From an uncultured Verrucomicrobiae bacterium (GTDB taxonomy: Bacteria > Verrucomicrobiota > Verrucomicrobiia > Opitutales > JABDGR01): 64,000 nucleotides of DNA. Position 1 is the stretch's first letter; every line of letters starts with the position of its first letter. The notes beneath the pieces are model-generated. The model was not told the origin of the DNA and searched no databases. It saw only the letters and a program-made list of their open reading frames with translations. The position numbers were made by a program, and so were the translations under genes. Shown piece by piece: positions 11,601 through 24,400 of the stretch. The stretch covers positions 1-64,000 of the forward strand of contig CAVXVB010000009.1 in NCBI GenBank assembly GCA_963765205.1, in the 5' to 3' direction.

Positions 11601-14600
11601 AGGTCAACAGCGGGACGCTAACGTTGACGGGTGACACTTCCAGCCTGACGGGCAACCTGGTGGATGCCACGAACCTGGTGTTTGCGCAGAGCGCGAACAG
11701 CGCGTTCAACGGGACGATCTCCGGTTCCGGCAACGTGAGCCAGAACGGCAGCGCGAATCTGACGCTGGCCGGGGCCAACACTTACGGCGGTCTGACCACG
11801 GTCAATAGCGGCACACTGACGTTGACCGGCAGCACCTCCGGCCTGAGCGGCAACATCGTGGACGTGACGAACCTGGTCTTCGCCCAAACGGCGGCCAGCG
11901 TGTTCAACGGGACGATTTCGGGCGCGGGCAACGTGAGCCAGAACGGCAGCGCGAACCTGACGCTGGCGGGCGCGAATACTTATGGTGGTTTGACGACGAT
12001 CAACAGTGGCACGCTGACCCTGACGGGCAGCACGAGCGGATTGACGGGCAACCTCGTGGATGCCACGAACCTGGTGTTTGCGCAGAGCGCGAACAGCGCG
12101 TTCAACGGGACGATCTCCGGTTCCGGCAACGTGACGCAAAGCGGGAGCGCAAATCTGACGCTGGCCGGTGCGAACACTTACGGCGGCCTGACGACGGTCA
12201 ACAGCGGCATCCTGACCCTGACGGGCAGCACGAGCGGATTGACGGGCAACCTGGTGGACGTGACGAACCTGGTGTTCGCGCAGAGCGCGAACAGCGCGTT
12301 CAACGGGACGATTTCGGGCGCGGGCAACGTGAGCCAGAACGGCAGCGCGAATCTGACGCTGGCGGGCGCGAACACTTATGGCGGCCTGACCACAGTCAAC
12401 AGCGGCACGCTGACCTTGACGGGTGCCACCTCGGGCTTGACGGGCAACTTGGTGGACGTGACGAACCTGGTGTTTGCGCAGAGCGCGAACAGCGCGTTCA
12501 ACGGGACGATCTCCGGTTCCGGCAACGTGACGCAAAGCGGGAGCGCGAATCTGACGCTGGCGGGCGCGAATACTTATGGTGGTTTGACGACGGTCAACAG
12601 TGGGACGCTGACCCTGACGGGCAGCACGAGCGGATTGACGGGCAACCTCGTGGATGCCACGAACCTGGTTTTCGCGCAGAGCGCGAACAGCGCGTTCAAC
12701 GGGACGATCTCCGGTTCCGGCAACGTGACGCAAAGCGGGAGCGCGAATCTGACGCTGGCGGGCGCGAATACTTATGGTGGTTTGACGACGGTCAACAGTG
12801 GGACGCTGACCCTGACGGGCAGCACGAGCGGATTGACGGGCAACCTCGTGGATGCCACGAACCTGGTTTTCGCGCAGAGCGCGAACAGCGCGTTCAACGG
12901 GACGATTTCGGGCGCGGGCAACGTGAGCCAGAATGGCAGCGCGAACCTGACCCTGGCTGGCGCGAACACTTACGGCGGCCTGACGACGGTCAACAGCGGG
13001 ACGCTAACGTTGACGGGTGACACTTCCGGCCTGACCGGCAACATCGTGGACGTGACGAACCTGGTGTTCGCGCAGAGCGCGAACAGCGCGTTCAACGGGA
13101 CGATTTCGGGCGCGGGCAACGTGAGCCAGAATGGGAGCGCAAACCTGACGCTGGCCGGTGCGAACACTTACGGCGGCCTGACGACGGTCAACAGCGGCAC
13201 GTTGACGTTGACGGGTGACACCTCGGGTCTGACGGGCAACATCACCGACAGTTCCTACCTGGTTTTCGCGCAGAGCGCGAACAGCGTGTTCAATGGGACG
13301 ATCTCCGGTTCCGGCAACGTGACGCAAAACGGGAGCGCGAACCTGACTTTGGCGGGGGCCAACACTTACGGCGGCCTGACGACGATCAACAGTGGCACGC
13401 TGACCCTGACGGGCAGCACGAGCGGATTGACGGGCAACCTCGTGGATGTGACGAACCTGGTGTTTGCGCAGAGCGCGAACAGCGCGTTCAACGGGACGAT
13501 CTCCGGTTCCGGCAACGTGACGCAAAGCGGGAGCGCAAATCTGACGCTGGCCGGTGCGAACACTTATGGCGGCCTGACGACGGTCAACAGCGGCATCCTG
13601 ACCCTGACGGGCAGCACGAGCGGATTGACGGGCAACCTGGTGGACGTGACGAACCTGGTGTTCGCGCAGAGCGCGAACAGCGCGTTCAACGGGACGATCT
13701 CCGGTTCCGGCAACGTGACGCAAAGCGGGAGCGCAAATCTGACGCTGGCCGGTGCGAACACTTACGGCGGCCTGACGACGGTCAACAGCGGGACGCTAAC
13801 GTTGACGGGTGACACTTCCGGCCTGACCGGCAACATCGTGGACGTGACGAACCTGGTGTTCGCGCAGAGCGCGAACAGCGCGTTCAACGGGACGATTTCG
13901 GGCGCGGGCAACGTGAGCCAGAATGGGAGCGCAAACCTGACGCTGGCCGGTGCGAACACTTACGGCGGCCTGACGACGGTCAACAGCGGCACGTTGACGT
14001 TGACGGGTGACACCTCGGGTCTGACGGGCAACATCACCGACAGTTCCTACCTGGTTTTCGCGCAGAGCGCGAACAGCGTGTTCAATGGGACGATCTCCGG
14101 TTCCGGCAACGTGACGCAAAACGGGAGCGCGAACCTGACTTTGGCGGGGGCCAACACTTACGGCGGCCTGACGACGATCAACAGTGGCACGCTGACCCTG
14201 ACGGGCAGCACGAGCGGATTGACGGGCAACCTCGTGGATGTGACGAACCTGGTGTTTGCGCAGAGCGCGAACAGCGCGTTCAACGGGACGATTTCGGGTT
14301 CCGGCAACGTGAGCCAGAACGGCAGCGCGAACCTGACCTTGGCGGGGGCCAATACTTATGGCGGCCTGACGACGATCAACAGCGGTATCCTGACCCTCAC
14401 CGGCAGCACCTCGGGCCTGACGGGCAACATCGTGGACACCACGAACCTGGTGTTTGCGCAGAGCGCGAACAGTGCGTTCAACGGGACGATCTCCGGTTCC
14501 GGCAACGTGAGCCAGAACGGGAGCGCGAATCTGACCCTGGCGGGGGCCAACACTTACGGCGGCCTGACGACGGTCAACAGCGGCACGCTGACGCTCAGCG

Positions 14601-15440
14601 GCAGCACGAATAGCTTGACCGGCAACATTGTGGATAATTCGAACTTGGTCTTCGCCCAGACGGCTGCCAGCACTTACAGTGGAGTGATTTCGGGCGTGAC
14701 GGGTAACGTGACGCAAAACGGCACAAGCAACCTGACGCTGGCCGGTGTAAACACCTTCAATGGCACGACGACCGTCAGTAATGGCACATTGACGGTTGGC
14801 ACGACCAATGCGCTTTCGATTGGCACGGACGTAACAGTGGCCAGTAATGGCACCCTCAGTGTCGCCAATTCGGATGCCATCGGCTCTTTGGCCGGGTCTG
14901 GCTCGGTAATCATTCCTCCGCCCTCGATCCTTTCGACGGGCAATGACAACAAATCGACAATTTTCACCGGCGTTATTTCCGATGGTCCCGGCGGCGGGCT
15001 GACCAAGAACGGCACGGGCAACTTCATCCTCACTGGCGTCGAGAACTACACCGGCCTGACGACGATCAACGGCGGCACGCTGACCTTCGAAGGCGACACC
15101 TCCCAGTTGCCCGGCAACATGGTGGACGATGCGGATTTGGTGTCTGCCCAGAGCGCGAACAGCATCTTCAACGGCACGATTTCGGGCACGGGCAACGTGA
15201 CGCAAAGTGGCACGGCAAACTTTACCCTGGCCGGCGCGAACACCTATAGCGGCAACACGACGATCAACACCGGCACGCTGACGCTGACGGGTGATACCTC
15301 CGGGTTGGGCGGCAACATCGTGGATAACTCGACGCTGGTGTTCGCCCAAAGCGCCAATAGCAGCTTTAACAACATAATTTCGGGCACGGGCACCGTGACA
15401 CAAAACGGCAGTGCCACCCTGACGCTCGGCGGCGTCAATA
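5675..15440 (+). repeat. tandem array of ~198-bp (66-aa) coding repeats, roughly 45-48 units
   Basis: Unit VFAQ(S/T)A(N/A)S(A/V)FNGTISG(S/A)GNV(S/T)QNGSANLTLAGANTYGGLTT(V/I)NSGTLTLTG(D/S)TSGLTGN. Shadow ORFs recur every 198 bp. Units become divergent after ~14600. Confidence 0.95.
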
Positions 15441-18400
15441 CTTACACCGGCCCGACGAACATCAATGGCGGCACGCTCAGCATTAGCGCGGACGACAATT
15501 TGGGCGCGGTGCCGTCCTCTCCCACGCCCGGCCAGTTGACCTTCAACGGCGGCACCTTGCTCACGACGGCGAATTTCACGCTCAGCAGCAATCGCGGCAT
15601 CACGGTCAACTCCGGCGGCGGCAACATTGACATACCCACGAGCGATACTTTGACCTACGGCGGCCTCCTCACCGGTTCCGGGTCGCTGGATGCTTCGGGT
15701 CCGGGCACGCTGATACTCACTGCCGCGAGCACCAACTACACCGGTTCGATCACGGTCACCAATGGCGGCGAAGTCGAGAGCACCGTCTCCGGTTCACTGG
15801 GCGGCCCGACGGCCACGCTGACGGTCAGTAACGGCACCGTGGACTTGGGCGGGACCAGCCCGAACGACATTGGCTTGGTGACGATTGATGGCGGCACAAT
15901 TCAAAACGGCACGCTGACGAACAATGTGACCTATGCCGGCGAAAGCGGCACCGTGAGCGCCACCCTCGCCGGGAGCGTCGGGTTGAACAAGACCACGACG
16001 GGCACCTTGCTGCTCAGCGGGCTGAACACTTACTCGGGCGTCACAAGCGTGTCGGCGGGGACGCTGACCATTGGGGTTAATAACAGCATCGCCTCCACCT
16101 CGAACCTGACCGTGTCGGGCGGTAACTTTAACGTGGGGACCTTCAACGATACCTTCAACGGTGTGCAATTAACCGGCGGGGCCATCTCCGGGACGACGGG
16201 GATTGTGACGAGCCTGAGTGCGTTTGACATCGAAAACGGCACCGCGACCGCAATTCTGAACGGAACGGTGGGCTTGAACCAGACCAACGGCACCGGCACG
16301 GCGACGCTGACGGCGAACGAGACCTATACTGGGACAACGAGCGTGTCGGCCGGGACGTTAAATGTGGATGGCACGCTGGCCAGCACGCTTATTTCGGTGA
16401 GCGGCACCGGCTTGCTGAATCTGGGTGGGAACAATCTCCTGTCCAGCGCGGCAAACCTGACCGTGTCCGGCGGCAACTTTAACATTGGCACCTTCAATGA
16501 CACGTTGAACGGCGTGCAGTTGACCGGCGGGACCATCGCCGGGACGACGGGCATTTTGACGAGCCTGAGCGCGTATGACATGCAAAACGGCACCGTGACC
16601 GCGATTCTCAATGGCACCGTCGCCTTGAACAAGACGAACGGCGCCGGCACCGTGACGCTGACTGCGCCCGAGACCTACACGGGTGCGACGAGTGTTTCCG
16701 CCGGGACCTTGAATGTGGACGGGACGCTGACCAGCACATCCATCCTAGTAAGCGGCACCGGCCTGCTGAACCTTGGCGCCAACAATGTCTTGTCGAGCGC
16801 GGCGAACGTGAGCGTGTCGGGCGGCAACTTCAACATCGGCACCTTCAACGACACGGTGAATGGCGTGCAGTTGACGGCGGAACCATCGCCGGGACGACGG
16901 GCATCCTGACGAGCCTCAGCACCTATGACATGCAAAACGGTAGTGTGACCGCGATTCTGAATGGGACGCTCGGGCTGAACAAGACGACCGCCGGAACAGT
17001 GACCCTTTCCGGGGCCGATATTTATACGGGCACGACGAGCGTGTCGGCTGGAACCTTGGCTTTGGGCGGAAACAACGGGGTGCCGGCGGGATCAAACCTG
17101 ACGGTGTCGGGCGGTAACTTTAACATCGGCACCTTCAACGATACGGTGGCCGGCGTGCAGTTGACCGGCGGGGCGATCTCCGGCACGACCGGGATCCTGA
17201 CCAGCTCAAGTGCTTATGACATGGAGAATGGCGCCGTGACCGCGATCCTGAACGGAACGGTCGGCTTGAACAAGACGACCGGCGGAACGGTGACTCTCGC
17301 CGGGCCAAGCACCTACACCGGCACGACGAGCGTGTCGGCGGGGACGCTGCTGCTCGCAGGCGTTAATGGCGTGCCTTCCACTTCGAATCTGACGGTGTCG
17401 AGCGGCACTTTCGATGTCAGCAGCTTCAATGACACGGTGGCCGGGGTGCAATTGACGGGCGGCCTCATCAATGGAACCACGGGGATTCTGACGAGCCTGA
17501 GTGCGTTTGACATGGAGAACGGCAATGTGACTGCGATCCTGAACGGGACGGTCGGCTTGAACAAGACGACCACCGGGACGATTACGCTCTCCGGGCTTAA
17601 CACCTATACGGGCAACACGAGTGTCTCGGCGGGCATCTTGGCGGTTGGCGCCACCAACAGCGTGCCGTCCACCTCGAATGTGACCGTGTCGGGCGGCAAC
17701 TTCAGCATCAGCCTCTTCAACGATACGGTGGCTGGGGTGCAGTTGACCGGCGGCACGATCAATGGGACGACCGGGACCTGGCGAGCCTGAGCACGTTTGA
17801 CATGCAAAACGGCACCTCGACCGCGATCCTGGGTGGCACGGTCGGCTTGAACAAGACGACTGGCGGCACGGTGACTCTCTTTGGCAACGAGACCTTCACG
17901 GGCATCACGAACGTGTCGGCGGGCACGCTGAACATGAACGGGACCTTGGCCAGCACGGCCGTCATCGTGGATGGGGGCCTGATGAACATCAACGCAGGCA
18001 ACAGTGTGGCCTCCACCTCGACGATCAGTGTCTCGAGCGGCAATTTCAATCTGAGCAGCTTCAGCGACACGGTGAGCGGCGTGCAGTTGACCGGCGGGAT
18101 TATCGCCGGCACGACCGGGACGCTGGTGAGCACGAGCGCGTATGACATGGAGAACGGCACCGTAAGCGCAATTTTGGGCGGGACGATTGGCCTGAACAAG
18201 ACGACCAGCGGGACAGTGACACTGACCGGGAACGACACCTACACGGGCACGACCAGTGTCATCGCGGGCACGCTGAATGTGGACGGGACGCTGGCCAGCA
18301 CGCTTATTTCGGTGAGCAACACCGGCCTATTCAACTTTGGCGCCAACAATATCTTGCTGAACACCGCGAATGTGAGCGTGTCCGGCGGCAACTTCAACAT

Positions 18401-21400
18401 CGGCACCTTCAACGACACGGTGGCTGGGGTGCAGTTGACGGGTGGCACCATCGCCGGGACGACGGGCACGCTGACGAGCCTGAGCGCGTATGATATGGAG
18501 AATGGCACCGTGAGCGCGATCTTGGGCGGGACGGTCGGGTTGAACAAGACGACCAATGGCACCGTGAATCTCAACGGTAATGATACCTATACGGGAACGA
18601 CGAACATCACCGCCGGCACGCTGAACGTGAGCGGTTCGCAGGCCACTTCGCTCATATCCGTGAGCAGCACGGGCCTGCTGAACCTGGGCGCGGACAATGT
18701 TTTTGCGGGCACGGCGAATGTGACCGTGTCCGGTGGCAACTTTAACATCGGCACCTTCAACGACACGGTGGCCGGGGTGCAATTGACGGGCGGGGCGATC
18801 TCCGGCACGACGGGGACGCTGACGAGCCTGAGTGCTTTTGATATGGAAAATGGCACTGTCACCGCGATCTTGAACGGCACGGCGGGCCTGAACAAGACCA
18901 CCAGCGGGACCGTGACGCTCGATGGCGTGAACACTTACTCGGGCACGGCGAACATTTCGGCGGGCACCCTGGCGCTTGGCGTGAACAACGCTTTGGCGGC
19001 CACCTCGAACGTGAGTGTGACCGGCGGCAACTTCAGCATCGGCACCTTCAACGACACCGTGGCGGGCGTGCAGTTGACTGGCGGCGTAATCTCCGGGACG
19101 ACGGGGACGCTGACGAGCCTGAGTGCGTATGACATGGAGAGCGGGACGGTCAACGCGATTCTGGGTGGTGCGGTCGGCTTGAACAAGACCACCAGCGGCA
19201 CGGTGACGCTCAACGGGGTGAACACCTTCAATGGCACGACTAGCGTATCCGCTGGCACTTTGGTTATTGGCGTGAATAATAGTCTGGCGGCAACCTCGAA
19301 CCTGACCGTTTCCGGCGGCAACTTCAGCATCACCAACCTCAACGACACGGTGGCGGGCGTGCAATTGACGGGTGGTATTATTACAGGAACGACTGGGACG
19401 CTGACCAGCGACAGCACCTATGACATGCAGAACGGCGCGGTCACCGCAATTCTGGGTGGCACGGTCGGGCTGAACAAGACCACTGGCGGAACTGTGACGT
19501 TGGGCGCGGCCAACACCTACCAAGGTGCGACGAATGTGACGGCGGGCACCCTTTCCCTTGGCATCAGCAATGGCGTGTCCTCCGCCTCGAATCTGTATGT
19601 GTCCGGCGGCAACTTTAACATCAGCAACTTCAGCGACCTCGTCAACGGGGTGCAGTTGACCAACGGCGGAACCATCGCCGGCACGAACGGCACACTGACC
19701 AGTCTGACCGCGTTTGACATGCAAAACGGCAACGTCAGCGCGATTCTGGGCGGCAGCGTGGGCCTGAACAAGACGACCACCGGGACGGTGACACTCACCG
19801 GCGTTAATTCCTACACCGGGACGACCACGGTGTCGGCGGGCACACTGGCTCTGGGCGTTACGGATAGTTTGGCGCTAACCTCCAGTTTGGTGGTGTCCGG
19901 CGGAACGCTGAATGTGAACACCTTCGCCGACACGGTTGGCTCGGTGCAGTTGACGGGCGGCAATATCATCAACGGGCCGACCGGTACCCTGATCAGCACA
20001 ACCAACTATGACATGGAAAATGGCAATGTGAGCGCGATTCTCGGCGGCACCGTCGGCCTGAACAAGACGACCGGCGGAACGGTGACACTCGGCGCGGTGA
20101 ACCTTTACTCAGGCACGACGAGCGTGTCGGCCGGAACTTTGGTTGTCGGCATCAATAACAGTGTATCCTCCACCTCGAATGTAACCGTCTCCGGCGGCAA
20201 CTTCAGCATCGGCGCCTTCAATGACACGGTGGCGGCGCTTCAACTGACCGGCGGTGCCATCACGGGCACGACGGGGACGCTGACGAGCCTGAGCGCGTAT
20301 GACATGGAAAATGGCACCGACAGCGCGATCCTCGGCGGGACGGTCGGCTTGAACAAGACCACCACCGGCACCGTGACGCTCAGCGGCGTCAACACTTACA
20401 CGGGCCTGACGAGCGTGTCCGCTGGCACCCTGGCCCTCGGCGTGAATAACAGCCTGGCGGCCGCTTCGAACCTGAGTGTGTCCGGCGGTAACTTTAACAT
20501 TGGAACATTCAACGATACGGTGGCCGGGGTGCAGTTGACCGGCGGAACCATCACCGGAACAACCGGCACGCTAACAAGCTCGAGTGCCTTTGACCTCGAG
20601 AATGGCACCGTGACGGCGATCCTGGGTGGAACCTTGGGTGCGAATAAGACGACCACGGGAACCGTGACGCTCAGCGGTGTGAACACCTACACCGGCTTGA
20701 CCACGGTGAGCGCGGGCACCCTTGATCTCAGCGGCTCCGGCACGCTCGGCGCCACAACCGCCACTTTGACCGTCAACGGCGGCACGCTCGACTTGGGCGG
20801 CACCAGCCCGAACAGTCTCGGCACGGTAACCTTTAACGGCGGCACCGTGCAAAACGGCACGCTGACCAGCAGTGTGAACTATGTTGGGCAAAGCGGCACG
20901 GTGAGTGCGGTTCTCGCCGGCAGTGTCGGCTTGGGCATGACCGGCCCCGGCACGTTGACCCTCTCCGGTTCGAACCTTTACACCGGGACAACGAGTGTGT
21001 CCGCCGGCACGTTGAACCTGAACGGCACGCTGACCAGCACGAACATCTTGGTGAGCGGCACGGGCCTGATGAACCTGAATGCGAATAATCTCTTGTCGGG
21101 TTCCGCGAACGTGAGTGTCTCCGGCGGCAACTTTAACATCGGCACGTTCAACGACACGGTGGCTGGTGTGCAGTTGACGGGCGGCACCATTGCCGGCTCG
21201 ACCGGCACACTGACGAGCACCAGCCCGTATGACATGGAGAACGGCAACGTGACCGCCAACCTGGGCGGCGGGGCCGCGTTGAACAAGACGACCAGCGGCA
21301 CTGTGACCCTGAACGGCTCCGATAGCTACACGGGCGCGACGAACGTGTCCGCCGGAACGCTGAACTTGAACGCGGCGCTCGCCAGCACGGTCATTACTGT

Positions 21401-24400
21401 GAACGGCACGGGCCTGTTGAATCTGGACGCGAACAATCTTCTGTCCGGCTCCGCGAATGTGAGCGTGTCCGCCAGCGGCAACTTTAACATCGGGAACTTT
21501 AATGACACGATGGCCGGGGTGCAGTTGCTCGGCGGCACCATCTCCGGGCTGGCCGGGACGCTGACCAGCACCAGCCCCTATGACGTGCAAAACGGCACCG
21601 TCAGCGCAATCCTCGGCGGCTCCGTGGGCTTGAATAAGACGACCACCGGCACGGTGACGCTCCTGGGCCTGAATAGCTACAGCGGCACGACGAGCGTCTC
21701 GGCGGGAACCCTGGCACTGGGAGTCAGCAACAGCCTGGCGGTCGCTTCGAACGTGAGCGTATCCTCCACCGGCAACTTTAGCATCAGCACCTTCAGCGAC
21801 AGTGTGGCGGGCGTACAGTTGCTTGGGGGCATTATCTCCGGGACCAATGGGACGCTGACCAGCGCGAGTGCGTTTGATGTGGAAAATGGCACGGCGAGCG
21901 CGATTCTGGGTGGCTCGGTCGGCTTGAACAAGACGACCGGCGGCACGGTGACCCTCCTTGGGGCGAACAGCTACACCGGCACGACCAGCGTGTCGGCAGG
22001 AACGCTGAACGTGAATGGGACGCTGGCCAGTGCGACCATCCAGGTGAGCAACACGGGCCTGTTGAACCTCGGGGCGAGCAATGTTTTGTCTTCGACTGCG
22101 GCGGTAAGCGTGTCGGGCGGCAGCCTGAACTTGGCCAGCTTTAGCGACACCGTGGGGTCCGTGCAGTTGACCGGCGGCTCCATCGTCGCCGGATCCACGG
22201 GCACGCTGACGAGCGGCAGCGCCTTTGACATGCAGAATGGTACGGTCAGTGCGATTCTCGCCGGCGCGGTGGGCTTGAACAAGACGACCGGCGGCACGGT
22301 CACGTTGAGCGGAAATGACACCTATTCGGGCACCACCAGCGTGTCGGCAGGAACGCTGAACGTGAATGGCACGCAGGCCAGCACGGCGATTGCCGTGAGC
22401 GGCACGGGTCTGCTGAATTTGGGCGCGAGCAATCTTTTGTCGAACGGTGCCAGCCTGAGTGTGTCGGGCGGCAACTTTAATATCGCCACCTTCAACAACA
22501 CGCTGGCCGGGGTGCAGTTGACCGGCGGCACTATTGCCGGCACGACGGGCATCCTCACGAGCACGAGCGCCTTTGACATGGAAAATGGCACCGTGACTGC
22601 GAAGCTCGGCGGCACGGCGGGCTTGACCAAGACTACCACCGGATCGGTTACTCTCAGTGGCGCCAACACCTACACGGGCGTGACCACCATGAGCGCGGGC
22701 ACGTTGATTTTGAGCGGCTCCGGCACGCTGGGCGCTCCGTCCGCCCTGTTGACCATCAACGGTGGCACGCTGGACTTGGGCAGCACCTCCCCGAACAATC
22801 TCAGCACCGTGACCTTTAACGGCGGCACGGTGCAAAACGGCACGCTGACCAGCAGCGTGAACTATGTGGGGCAAAGCGGCACGGTGAGCGCGGTGCTCGC
22901 CGGCAGTGTCGGCTTGGGCATGACCGGCCCTGGCACCTTGACGCTCTCTGGATCGGATCTTTACACCGGGACGACCAGTGTGTCTGCGGGAACCCTGAAC
23001 GTGAACGGGACGCTGGCTAGCGCGAACATTGCGGTGAGCGGCACGGGCCTGCTGAACCTCGACGCAAACAACCTGCTGTCGAGTTCCGCAAACCTCACTG
23101 TGTCGGGCGGCAACTTTAACATCGGCACGTTCAACGACACGCTCAACGGCGTGCAGTTGACCGGCGGCACCATTGCCGGCTCGACGGGCATTCTGACGAG
23201 CACGAGCGCCTTTGATATGGAAAATGGCACCGTGAGCGCGATCCTGAACGGCACCGCCGGCTTGAACAAGACCACCGGCGGCACGGTGACGCTCAGCGGC
23301 GTCAACACTTATACGGGCACGACCAGCGTGTCGGCGGGCACCCTGATACTCGGCGTGAACAATGGCCTGGCGTCCGCCTCGAATCTCAGTGTGTCCGGCG
23401 GCACCTTTAACATCGGCGCCTTCAATGACACGCTGAGCGGCGTGCAATTGACCGGCGGCACGATTGCCGGGACGTTGGGCATTTTGACAAGCACGAGCGA
23501 CTATGACGCGGAAAATGGCAACGTCAGCGCGATTCTGAATGGGACGGCCGGCCTAAACAAGACTACGGGCGGCGCAGTGACACTGAGCGGCGTGAACATT
23601 TATACGGGCACGACGAATGTGTCGGCGGGGACGTTGACTTTGGGCGTGAATAACAGCCTGGCGTCCGCCTCGAACCTGAGTGTGTCCGGTGGCACCTTTA
23701 ACATCGGCACCTTCAATGACACCGTGGCCGGGGTGCAGTTGACCAGCGGGACAATCAGCGGCACGACGGGCACGTTGGCCAGCACAAACGCGTATGACAT
23801 GGAAAATGGCACGGTCAACGCGATTCTGGGTGGCTCGGTCGCCCTGAATAAGACGACCTTTGGCACCGTGACCCTGAATACGGCCGCGACCTACACGGGC
23901 GCGACCAACGTGTCGGCCGGCACCCTGAACTTGAATGCGGCGCTGGCCAGCACGGTCATTTCCGTGAGCAACACCGGCCAGTTGAACCTGGACGCCAACA
24001 ACCTCTTGTTGGGCACGGCCAACGTGAGCGTCTCGGGCGGCAACCTTAACATCGGCGCATTTAGTGACACGGTGGCCGGGGTGCAGTTGACCGGCGGGAC
24101 GATCGCCGGAACCACGGGAACGCTCACCAGCAACAGTGCCTTTGACATGGAAAGCGGCACCGTCAGCGCAACCTTGAACGGCACTGCGGGCTTGAGCAAG
24201 ACGACCGGCGGCACGGTGACGCTCTTTGCGGCGAACAGCTATACAGGCACGACCAGCGTTTCCGCGGGCACGTTGAATGTGGATGGAACCTTGGCGAGCA
24301 CGCCGATTGCGGTGAGCAACACAGGCGTGTTGAACCTGGGCGCGAGCAATGTTTTGTTAAACACGGCGAACCTGACGGTCTCGGGCGGCAACTTTAACAT

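Noticed and set aside
5675..15440. Regular repeat array as a possible CRISPR or non-coding satellite
   Set aside because: Units are 198 bp, in frame, vary mostly at synonymous or conservative positions, and have no unique spacers; no cas genes are present.
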